Below, in pieces: positions 7,121 to 13,827 of a stretch of DNA of 17,820 bases. The DNA is from Planctomycetota bacterium (lineage in GTDB: Bacteria; Planctomycetota; J058). Numbering within the stretch: the stretch's first letter is position 1; every line of letters begins with the position of its first letter. The stretch lies in NCBI GenBank assembly GCA_016765095.1, contig JAESQQ010000852.1:1-17820 (forward strand), read 5' to 3'. A program made the translations under genes and the position numbers. The notes beneath the pieces were generated by a model that did not search any database, had not been told where the DNA came from, and saw only the letters and a program-made list of their open reading frames with translations.

Positions 7121-7442
7121 ACTCGACGTGAACACGATCAAGGCGGAGATCAAGCGACTGGCCCTGGCCTGCAAGGCGAGGAAGCGGTCCGACGGGGGAA
7201 GGGCCGATCCAATCCGCTACACCCAGCTCTGCGCGCTGCGCGCTAGCCAGCGGGGGCGTCTGCACTTCGCGCCCGGGACCAACCTCTGCGAAGCGCACTG
7301 GATCCTGGGCCTCCCTTGCAGATCGTCCGACGGATATCTACCCGTCACGCTCGCGATCCAGGAGGCTTGGGTCGCGCCCCTGCGCGAAGAATTCCTCAGC
7401 ACGAAGGCAGAGCGTCCCCCCGAGCGTGCGCAGGCTCGCTAG
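7113..7442 (+). CDS. hypothetical protein (109 aa), translationally coupled to the PTH2-like gene
   Basis: ATG 7113 overlaps the upstream stop at 7118-7120. GC3 is consistently high. There are four Cys residues but no motif I recognise. It ends in a TAG followed by a strong hairpin. Confidence 0.6.
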   Translation: MNELDVNTIKAEIKRLALACKARKRSDGGRADPIRYTQLCALRASQRGRLHFAPGTNLCEAHWILGLPCRSSDGYLPVTLAIQEAWVAPLREEFLSTKAERPPERAQAR

Positions 7443-7458
7443 TCTTCAGACGTGTGCT

Positions 7459-7483
7459 GGCTCAGCCTCGGCGAGGCTGAGCC
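7459..7483 (+). terminator. perfect 11-bp stem hairpin between the 109-aa gene and the tRNA
   Basis: GGCTCAGCCTC (7459-7469), loop GGC, GAGGCTGAGCC (7473-7483). There is no U tract, which is common in high-GC genomes. It could be a terminator or a processing signal for the tRNA 5' end. Confidence 0.5.
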
Positions 7484-7488
7484 CCAAA

Positions 7489-7562
7489 GCGTCAGTGGCT
7501 CAGCGGTAGAGCACCGAGCGTAATGACCTCGGGGATCGGGGGTTCGAATCCCTCCTGACGCA
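7489..7562 (+). tRNA. tRNA gene with canonical cloverleaf but a 9-nt anticodon loop; isotype undetermined (Thr-like acceptor features)
   Basis: Hand fold. Acceptor GCGTCAG (7489-7495) / CTGACGC (7555-7561) pairs 7/7. D arm is GCTC-AGCGGTA-GAGC. Anticodon stem is CCGAG (7514-7518) / CTCGG (7528-7532). The loop CGTAATGAC (7519-7527) is 9 nt. Variable loop is GGATC. T arm is GGGGG-TTCGAAT-CCCTC with one G-T pair. Discriminator is A7562. No CCA is encoded. Confidence 0.85.
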
Positions 7563-7574
7563 GCAGAGGAACCA

Positions 7575-7605
7575 GCGTCTCCTCGCGACCTCCCCTCGGA
7601 GACGC
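7575..7605 (+). terminator. hairpin downstream of the tRNA
   Basis: GCGTCTCC (7575-7582) / GGAGACGC (7598-7605) form an 8-bp stem with a 15-nt loop. It starts 13 nt after the tRNA discriminator base. Confidence 0.35.
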
Positions 7606-7646
7606 GCTAGAGCTGCCCGCCTAAAAGTTCCGGTACGGGTGAATGT

Positions 7647-7661
7647 GGGTGCGGGGTTTAC
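7647..7661. repeat. half-copy of the GC-rich repeat, inverted orientation
   Basis: GGGTGCGGGGTTTAC is the exact reverse complement of 7726-7740 (GTAAACCCCGCACCC). Confidence 0.75.
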
Positions 7662-7714
7662 AGCGCCTGACGTTGACAAGCCTAATCCCAGCGGCCGTCT
7701 GTCTCTCCCGGACA

Positions 7715-7836
7715 GGCGGGCGGGGGTAAACCCCGCACCCTACAGATCGCGAGAGGGCCCCTCCGCAAGGCGCCCAATTAGACGGCTCACAACACGCTTT
7801 GGTAGGGGCGGGGTTTACCCCCGCCCGCCCCCAGAC
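7715..7836. repeat. GC-rich two-hairpin repeat element, copy 2, with 22-nt perfect terminal inverted repeats
   Basis: GGCGGGCGGGGGTAAACCCCGC (7715-7736) is the exact reverse complement of 7808-7829. The core at 7717-7750 matches 2815-2848 at 33/34. It is preceded by another hairpin, CCGTCTGTC/GACAGGCGG (7695-7719). Confidence 0.8.
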
Positions 7837-7895
7837 TTTCCCGAACGACCTCTCTGGAGCCTTTCGGGAAGTTAGTCGTCGCTACGTCAGGAGCT

Positions 7896-7931
7896 GTACC
7901 CCCTCCCTTACGAAAGCAACGGGGGGTGTAC
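7896..7931 (-). terminator. hairpin downstream of the large kinase gene
   Basis: GTACCCCC (7896-7903) pairs with GGGGG(TG)TAC (7921-7931). It lies about 22 nt beyond the TAA stop (7955-7953, minus strand). There is no clear U tract. Confidence 0.35.
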
Positions 7932-7952
7932 CACAACTTGTGATGCGCAGCG

Positions 7953-10900
7953 TTAGGCGCTCGACGGGGCCCCAGCGAAGGCTGGGAAGTAGGTCTGGCG
8001 GAGGGCCAAGCCTCGCTTCATGTCGTCGTAGACGTAGTCCTCGAGCGAGCGCTGATCTCCCGGCTTGGCGCCGAACACGTCGCAGCACTTCTCGAACAGG
8101 GCCTGCGCGTTGGGCCGCTTGGCTGGATCTGCATCGGTCGCGGCCCGGAGGAGCTTGACCAGCATGCGGGCCCCGGTCCCGACTTCGAGGAGCTTGCCGT
8201 CCGAGATCGGAGAGACGCCTCGATCCTTGAGGTTCATCAGCTGGCGGAAGGCTTCCCTGGGCTCGAGCTCATAGATTCCTTCGCGCTCGTAGGGGCGATC
8301 ACCGGTGAGGTGGCTGTAGAACACGAGGCTCAGCGCGTAGACGTCACTCTTGGGCGAATACGTCCCAGTCACGACGCCCCGCTCGCCTGCGCTAGGCAGG
8401 GCTTCGGGCGCCAAGAAGACGGCGGATCGCTCGACACGCCTGCACCCCGCGAGGAGGTTTAGGCGCTGAGCCTGGCTGAGGTCGGTGAAGATCGGCGTCC
8501 AACGGCCCTCGACGAGGCGCTCGAGGTACTCCGCGTCCGAGAGCCCATCTTCGTCCGAGCTCGGCATCCGGAGCCGAATCGACTGGGGCTCGATCCCGCA
8601 GAGGAGGAAGGCTCCCCCGTCGGGGAGCTTGTGGAATCGGAGCAGGCTAGCGAACAGGTTGAGGTAAGTGTCGACCGCGAGAGCAGGGTCGATGCGACCT
8701 CCAGAGCCGCTCTCCACAAGGCGCTGCGCCGGGTGAGCCTCGAGCGGCTCGAACACCAAGTATCGGTTGACGTCGTTGATCAAGCCCTTGTCGATCATGT
8801 GTGGGTAGCCGGGATCCGGCGTCGCGTAGAAGCGCTGCTCCCGACGGAGCGCGGTCTTTCCGAAGCAAACCTTGATCGAGCCCCGTGTGACCGGCCGCTC
8901 GAACCCGGCGAACTCGCCGTCTCCCTGAATCGTGACGTCGTAGATCTTGCCCGCGCCGACCTGACCGCGGGCAGTCCCGAATTGATACGCCCGCGACATG
9001 TCTCCACTGAGGACCATCGTCGGGGCCGCGTCTTCGTCCTTGCTGACTTCGCGGGTCTCGGTGACTTTGTCGGGACCGAGCTGAGCGAGGAGTTCGTCGT
9101 CGTCGTAGAGGCTGGCGCCGCCGAGTCGAACCGCCTGTTCCTCTTTCGGTTCCTCTTTCTCTTTCGTTTTTCCCCAGGAGGGGAGCGGGGGGGGAGCGGG
9201 AGTGTGACGAGAACGAGAGCCAGATCGAGTCGCGTCGGCTCGTGTCGCCGACACTCCAGCAGTGGAGTCTGGGCCCGAACCCGGGTCCGAGTCCGACGAG
9301 TCTGACGAGTCTGAGTAGGGCGAGTCCGGCTCCGAGTCCGGCTCCATCATGTTCAACTTGACGTCGTCGTAGTAACCCCGTCCGGTGAACCTCTTTGTTC
9401 CGGCCTTGGGAGGAGCCTCGGCGTAGGGGTTGTCCTCCTCGGCGTAGGGGTCGTCCTCTTCGGCGTAGGGGGCCTCGTCGGCAATTGTTGGGTCGGCTGG
9501 AGCCAACGCTGCGGGGCTCGCCCGGAGTCCGCCGGCGCTCGCGATCACCTCCGCGATCGACGGATCGAGCGGCTCGCCGGTGTCCATCGTGGAGCGGATC
9601 GACTTCGCAGCCGCGCGCGCCGTGGCATACCGATCCCCTGGGTCTCGCTCACAGAGCCAGCCGATCAAGCGGGCGAGACCCGCGCTGACCTGGGGCCGCA
9701 CGACGCGCGGGTCGGGGACGCCTCGCTTCAGCTTGCGGCTAATGACCTCCTGGTAGGACTTCCCGCCGTAGGCCGGCGACCCGACCACGAACTCGTAGAG
9801 ACAGAGTCCAACCGCGTAGAGATCTGCGCGGACGTCGACGGGATGCTCGCCTGTGATTTGCTCAGGGGCGGCGTAGCGGGGGGTCCCTTGGAAGCGCTGA
9901 TCCGCGTCGACCGAGGTCTCGACCTTCTTGGCGAGGCCGAGATCGGCGAGCTTGGGGATTCCGTCCCGCCCGATCAAGACATTCTCCGGCTTGACGTCGC
10001 GGTGGACGATCCCGTGCTCCTCTGCGCAGGTCAGGGCCTCGGCGATCGCCAGGCAGATCGTGAGCGCGTCCCTCTCGGGGAGCTGCCCGAGGCGCTTGAG
10101 CATGGCTCCGGCAGTCTCGCCGTCGACGAACTCGAAGGCCACGAACTTGCGCCCCGTGACCTTGCAAGTGCCTTGCTCGATGACCCCGACGATGTTGGCG
10201 TGGTGGAGCTTCGCCGCCGCTTTGGCCTCCTGCTCGAGGCTCTCGACGAAGGCCTTGTTGCCGTGCAAGCGGCTGGTCAAAACCTTGATCGCGACTTCGC
10301 GATCAAGGCTCTTCTGCCAGGCCTTGTAGACCTGTCCCATCCCGCCCTCGCCCAAGAGCGAGATGATCTGAAAGCCTCCGACCTCGGTTAACTCGCCTTC
10401 GACTTGGTCGTCGAGACCCCCAAGGTCGATCTCGAACACCCCTCCATCATCCCCGTCCGCTTGGCGAACCGGATCCGGGCCGCGAGAGCCCGGCAGGAAC
10501 GTGAGCTCGTCCGCCTCGCCCGTCCGCGAAGCGGATCTGGTCTGAGAGGGGGGTCTGCTCTGAGACGCGGGCACCACCACGTCGGCTTCAGGGACGTCGA
10601 GGAGATCGAGAATCGTCATGTCCGCCAGGCCGCTCTTCTGGGAGTCCGCCACAGGGGCCGGAGTCCGCTGGCCCAGGGGGAGGACGGTCTCCTCGATAGC
10701 CGTCCGATCGATCTGCTCACTGGCTGAGGAGACAGGCTGCGCGGCCAGGGGTCCAAGAGGGAGGATCGTGCCATCGATGATGGTCTGATCCGCGTCGCCC
10801 TCGTCAGAGGCGGCGCTGGGGAGATCGACGCTCTGGAGCATCGTGCGGTCTGCTGAGCCTTCGTCCGGGAGATCGACGCTCTCGAGCATCGTGCGGTCCG

Positions 10901-12098
10901 CTGAGTAATCGTTGGAGCCGGCGCCAGGGAGATCGACGCTCTCGAGCATCGTGCGGTCCGCTGAGTAATCGTTGGAGCCGGCGCTAGGGAGATCGACGCT
11001 CTGGAGCATCGTGCGGTCTGCTGAGCCCTCGCCGGGAAGATCGACGCTCTCGAGCATCGTGCGGTCCGCCGAAGCGAATTCCTTAGAGGGCTTCGTCGCA
11101 CCCGCGGCCGCCGCAGGTCGAACGACGTCTCTCGGGGTTGCCTGCTTGGGAGCTACCGGGGGAAGGTCGGAACCGCCGAGCGCGACGCGGACCGACGACT
11201 CCTTGTTCTGATCCAAGAGGACCACGACCCGAGGAGGTGTCTGCTGGGTTTGGTCCCGGAGGTCCAGACCAACGCGCGCTCCCAGCGCTGCCAGCTCACC
11301 CTGCACCTCACGCGCGGGGAGGCGATCGACGGGCTCACGAGCCAGGAGGCGGAGCAAGAGCGCAGTCAAGCGTTCGGGAATGTCGTCGCCGACGAGTGGG
11401 CTGGCTGGTTGCGCGACGCGGCTCGCGAGGTACTCGGCTCGGCCGACCCCTTCGCCCCAGGGGAACGCGAGGGCACCGGTTAGGCCGAAGTAGAGCGTCG
11501 AGCCGAGGCCATACAAGTCGGTCGCGTAGGAGCTGGGCTCTCCTTCGACTTGTTCGGGAGCTAGGTGCAGGAAGTCGAGGACCTGCTTCGGCTCGCCCCA
11601 CTCGACCAAGGTCGGCTGATTCTGCGCGGTGAGAATCACACTCGAGGGCTTGACGTTCCCATGCGTGATTCCTGCCGCGCGGAGTACGCCCAACGCCCCA
11701 GCCAGCGCGTGTCCCAGCTTGATTGCGTCCTCGTAGCGGAGCGCGCCAGACTTGAGCACGGTGTGCTGGACGTCCAGCCCTTCAATGTGCTGACTCGCGA
11801 CGAAGCACTTGCCGCCCCAGATCGTGAGTCCGACGACGGCCGCGAGGTTGGAGTGGGTCACCTCCTGAAGGCCACTTAGGATTTCTGGAGCGTCAGCAGA
11901 GCAAAGCCCGGTTTTACCGAGGCACTTGAGCGCGACTTCGACGTCGTCCTCGCCCTGCGCTGCGAATACACGAGATCCCTCGTTGGCTCCCAGCGGGCAG
12001 AGAATCTCGAAGCCACCAATCTTGGCGCCAACCTGACTCACGTTCATAGACAACGGATGGTACGCCGCGAGGGCTCGGCAAACCACCCCCCGGGCCAA
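7953..12098 (-). CDS. multi-domain protein: N-terminal pseudokinase, Thr-motif tandem repeats, active Ser/Thr kinase, acidic linker, C-terminal pseudokinase
   Basis: N-terminal domain: VALKCL, ITHGNVKPSS (HRD replaced by HGN), EWG in place of DFG, LAPEQ. Eight copies of a D-R-T-M-L-E-S-V-D-L-P-like repeat. Central kinase: LGEGGMGQVYKA, VAIKVL, HRDVKPENVLI, ADLGLAKK (DLG), GTPRYAAPEQ. C-terminal domain: CGIEPQSIRL in place of HRDxKPxN, FTDLSQA in place of DFG, FLAPEAL, SDVYALSLVFY. The track start at 12098 is a TTG. ATG at 12047 (MNVSQVG...) is an equally or more likely start. Confidence 0.9.
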   Translation of the reverse strand: MARGVVCRALAAYHPLSMNVSQVGAKIGGFEILCPLGANEGSRVFAAQGEDDVEVALKCLGKTGLCSADAPEILSGLQEVTHSNLAAVVGLTIWGGKCFVASQHIEGLDVQHTVLKSGALRYEDAIKLGHALAGALGVLRAAGITHGNVKPSSVILTAQNQPTLVEWGEPKQVLDFLHLAPEQVEGEPSSYATDLYGLGSTLYFGLTGALAFPWGEGVGRAEYLASRVAQPASPLVGDDIPERLTALLLRLLAREPVDRLPAREVQGELAALGARVGLDLRDQTQQTPPRVVVLLDQNKESSVRVALGGSDLPPVAPKQATPRDVVRPAAAAGATKPSKEFASADRTMLESVDLPGEGSADRTMLQSVDLPSAGSNDYSADRTMLESVDLPGAGSNDYSADRTMLESVDLPDEGSADRTMLQSVDLPSAASDEGDADQTIIDGTILPLGPLAAQPVSSASEQIDRTAIEETVLPLGQRTPAPVADSQKSGLADMTILDLLDVPEADVVVPASQSRPPSQTRSASRTGEADELTFLPGSRGPDPVRQADGDDGGVFEIDLGGLDDQVEGELTEVGGFQIISLLGEGGMGQVYKAWQKSLDREVAIKVLTSRLHGNKAFVESLEQEAKAAAKLHHANIVGVIEQGTCKVTGRKFVAFEFVDGETAGAMLKRLGQLPERDALTICLAIAEALTCAEEHGIVHRDVKPENVLIGRDGIPKLADLGLAKKVETSVDADQRFQGTPRYAAPEQITGEHPVDVRADLYAVGLCLYEFVVGSPAYGGKSYQEVISRKLKRGVPDPRVVRPQVSAGLARLIGWLCERDPGDRYATARAAAKSIRSTMDTGEPLDPSIAEVIASAGGLRASPAALAPADPTIADEAPYAEEDDPYAEEDNPYAEAPPKAGTKRFTGRGYYDDVKLNMMEPDSEPDSPYSDSSDSSDSDPGSGPDSTAGVSATRADATRSGSRSRHTPAPPPLPSWGKTKEKEEPKEEQAVRLGGASLYDDDELLAQLGPDKVTETREVSKDEDAAPTMVLSGDMSRAYQFGTARGQVGAGKIYDVTIQGDGEFAGFERPVTRGSIKVCFGKTALRREQRFYATPDPGYPHMIDKGLINDVNRYLVFEPLEAHPAQRLVESGSGGRIDPALAVDTYLNLFASLLRFHKLPDGGAFLLCGIEPQSIRLRMPSSDEDGLSDAEYLERLVEGRWTPIFTDLSQAQRLNLLAGCRRVERSAVFLAPEALPSAGERGVVTGTYSPKSDVYALSLVFYSHLTGDRPYEREGIYELEPREAFRQLMNLKDRGVSPISDGKLLEVGTGARMLVKLLRAATDADPAKRPNAQALFEKCCDVFGAKPGDQRSLEDYVYDDMKRGLALRQTYFPAFAGAPSSA
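10819..11070. repeat. in-frame tandem DNA repeat (periods 48/60/60/48 bp) inside the large kinase gene
   Basis: There are five copies of the core GGGAGATCGACGCTCTSGAGCATCGTGCGGTCYGCTGAG. Units 10867-10926 and 10927-10986 differ at a single base. They encode the SADRTMLESVDLP repeats. Confidence 0.9.
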
Positions 12099-12165
12099 TC
12101 GGATTGGGATCGAAGTGACTCGAGGGACTCTTGGCTCGCCCCTGGGGGAGCCTTCCGTAGAGCCC

Positions 12166-13827
12166 CTAGAGCCCCTCGAGTTCCACCGCTGTCGCGTAGA
12201 GCGTCTCTCGATCCCCGCGCTGGACGAAGTCGCGAAGCATGAACGAGGCGGATCGCTTGACGGTCTCCTTGAAGCGGACCTTTCGGTTGACGCGGAGCCG
12301 GACTCGCTTATCGAGGTCCAGGAGGCGGTCGGAGAGGAAGATTGTCAACGCGGTGGCGGCTTTGCAGTCGACGCGGAGCGTGTTGTTGGGCAGGACTCGG
12401 GCCTGAACGGTCGCGACGACCCGCTTGGAGACTTTGCTCGTCGGCGCAAGGTCGAACAGCCGAATCTTGACCTCGTCGATTCGAACCCAAAACCGGCGAA
12501 AGTCCGTCAGGCGTCCAGCGACCAGCTCGAATCGCTTTGGGTAAGGGTCGCGGCTCCGGGCTGCCATCCAGGGAGCGACCCAGGGCAGCTCTTCGTAGAA
12601 CCCCTCGTGGCCGCGGCCGATGTACTCGACGTAGGTCACGTCGGCGCCAAGATCAATCATGGCCTTGGTCTGCTTGCGGCAGCGCTCGGTCCAGACGTCC
12701 TTCTCGCCTTGAATGCAGTAAACGGGGACGCGTCGCGCGTTGCGTCGGTAGTGTTTGTCGAAGGCGAAGTGACTGCTGATCAAGGGGATCACCCCTGCGA
12801 ACCGATCCGGGTGGCTGAACGCGGTGTCCCACGAGGCGTGGCCGCCCATCGAATGCCCGGTCAGGAACACCCGGTCGAAGTCGACCGCGTAGCGGTTGGA
12901 GAGGTCCAAGAGCGCGGTCAGGACCGTGCTGTGCTCGAGGTAGGAGTGGTGATAGCCCTGGGCCCTCGTCACCGCGTACTCCACGCTCATCAGGAGCATT
13001 CCCTGCTTCTGTGCGAATCGACCCCAGCAGGCAAGCATGCTCCGCAGGCCGTCGCCCTGGCCGTGGAGCGCCACGATCACAGGGGCAGGCACGCTCGCGC
13101 GGTGGCCCTTGGGGACTTGGAGGAGGTAGGCGCTCTTCTTCCCACCTGGAAGTGTGAGCGGAATCGCCTGGGTCGGGGCGGGCTCTTTCCCCCAAGCAGA
13201 CCCAGCACCTCCCCGAACCAGGGCCTCCCATGTCTTGTAGGGCAACTTGAGGGCTGGAACTCGCGCCAACACCTCGTCGAGAGGCGCACCCTTCGAGCGG
13301 GCCGCGAGCAGGTCCCGAACCAGCGCCTCCGCCTGCGCGACGAGGGCAGGGTCGAGAGCCTTCAAGTCGCCCGGGGATAGGAAGTGCCCGTAGCGGCGAG
13401 CGATCCGGAATCGCTCGAGCTCTGCGCGTATTCCTGCGGTGTCGCCAGGGAGAGGCGCACCTGTCCCGAGCGGGAACACGACCTTCAAGGCCTGGCAGGA
13501 TCGGGGCACGAGCTCTGTTCTCTCGACCCTCGCCAGCTCGACGAGCGCGTCGTCTTTGGCGAGAGCTGCCGACGCTTGGAGGGTGCCCAGGCGGGCGAGC
13601 CAGTGTTTGGTGTCGGGCGCGGGCCGCCGGGCCGGGGCCTGCGCAGGTTCGCCGAGCCGAGCGGTCGGGACGTCGATCCAGCGCTTGGCGGCTTCGATTC
13701 GAGTCCGCTTTCCCTTCTTGATCGCCTTGCCCTGATAGACCCGGCCGTCCTTGAGCTTGATCTCCTCCGCTTGGACCGAGCCGAGCGAGAGCAAGCCCAG
13801 GAGCGAAACCCAGATCAACTGCTGCAT
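12166..13827 (-). CDS. secreted alpha/beta-hydrolase (esterase D / CE1-like) with N- and C-terminal extensions
   Basis: ATG at 13827. Signal peptide MQQLIWVSLLGLLSLGSVQAEE. Nucleophile elbow FLTGHSMGGHASW. Candidate acid and base residues in QGEKD and GRGHEGF. VIVALHGQGD is an oxyanion-type strand. The antisense and out-of-frame ORFs over this span lack motifs. Confidence 0.85.
   Translation of the reverse strand: MQQLIWVSLLGLLSLGSVQAEEIKLKDGRVYQGKAIKKGKRTRIEAAKRWIDVPTARLGEPAQAPARRPAPDTKHWLARLGTLQASAALAKDDALVELARVERTELVPRSCQALKVVFPLGTGAPLPGDTAGIRAELERFRIARRYGHFLSPGDLKALDPALVAQAEALVRDLLAARSKGAPLDEVLARVPALKLPYKTWEALVRGGAGSAWGKEPAPTQAIPLTLPGGKKSAYLLQVPKGHRASVPAPVIVALHGQGDGLRSMLACWGRFAQKQGMLLMSVEYAVTRAQGYHHSYLEHSTVLTALLDLSNRYAVDFDRVFLTGHSMGGHASWDTAFSHPDRFAGVIPLISSHFAFDKHYRRNARRVPVYCIQGEKDVWTERCRKQTKAMIDLGADVTYVEYIGRGHEGFYEELPWVAPWMAARSRDPYPKRFELVAGRLTDFRRFWVRIDEVKIRLFDLAPTSKVSKRVVATVQARVLPNNTLRVDCKAATALTIFLSDRLLDLDKRVRLRVNRKVRFKETVKRSASFMLRDFVQRGDRETLYATAVELEGL

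Noticed and set aside
7519-7527. Interpreting the two extra loop nucleotides as a tRNA intron, or the loop as a stop-codon suppressor anticodon
   Set aside because: Bacterial tRNA introns are long group I elements, not 2-nt insertions. The loop contains none of the suppressor anticodons (UUA, CUA, UCA), so neither reading is supported.
7673-7678. Perfect TTGACA -35 hexamer downstream of the tRNA
   Set aside because: No acceptable -10 element occurs 16-18 nt downstream (only GCGGCC, CGTCTG or GTCTGT), and there is no gene for it to drive.
7640-7836. Possible CRISPR array, given the repeated GC-rich palindromic blocks
   Set aside because: There are only three blocks, in mixed orientation, with irregular spacing and partial overlap of repeat content. 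There are no cas genes. The pattern is inverted-repeat/MITE-like rather than direct-repeat/spacer.
7489-7952. Integrated mobile element at the tRNA 3' end
   Set aside because: No integrase or recombinase ORF is present, and no direct repeat of the tRNA 3' half was found anywhere else in the window by eye. The flanking DNA holds only short repeats before the kinase gene.
12077-12092. sigma54-like GG-N10-TTGC upstream of ATG 12047 of the triple-kinase gene (minus strand CGGGGGGTGGTTTGCC)
   Set aside because: Only the GG, taken from a run of six G, and the TTGC match. The rest of the -24 box is absent. By rough estimate one or two such chance hits are expected in this much GC-rich intergenic DNA. 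It is noted only because it would favour the ATG 12047 start.
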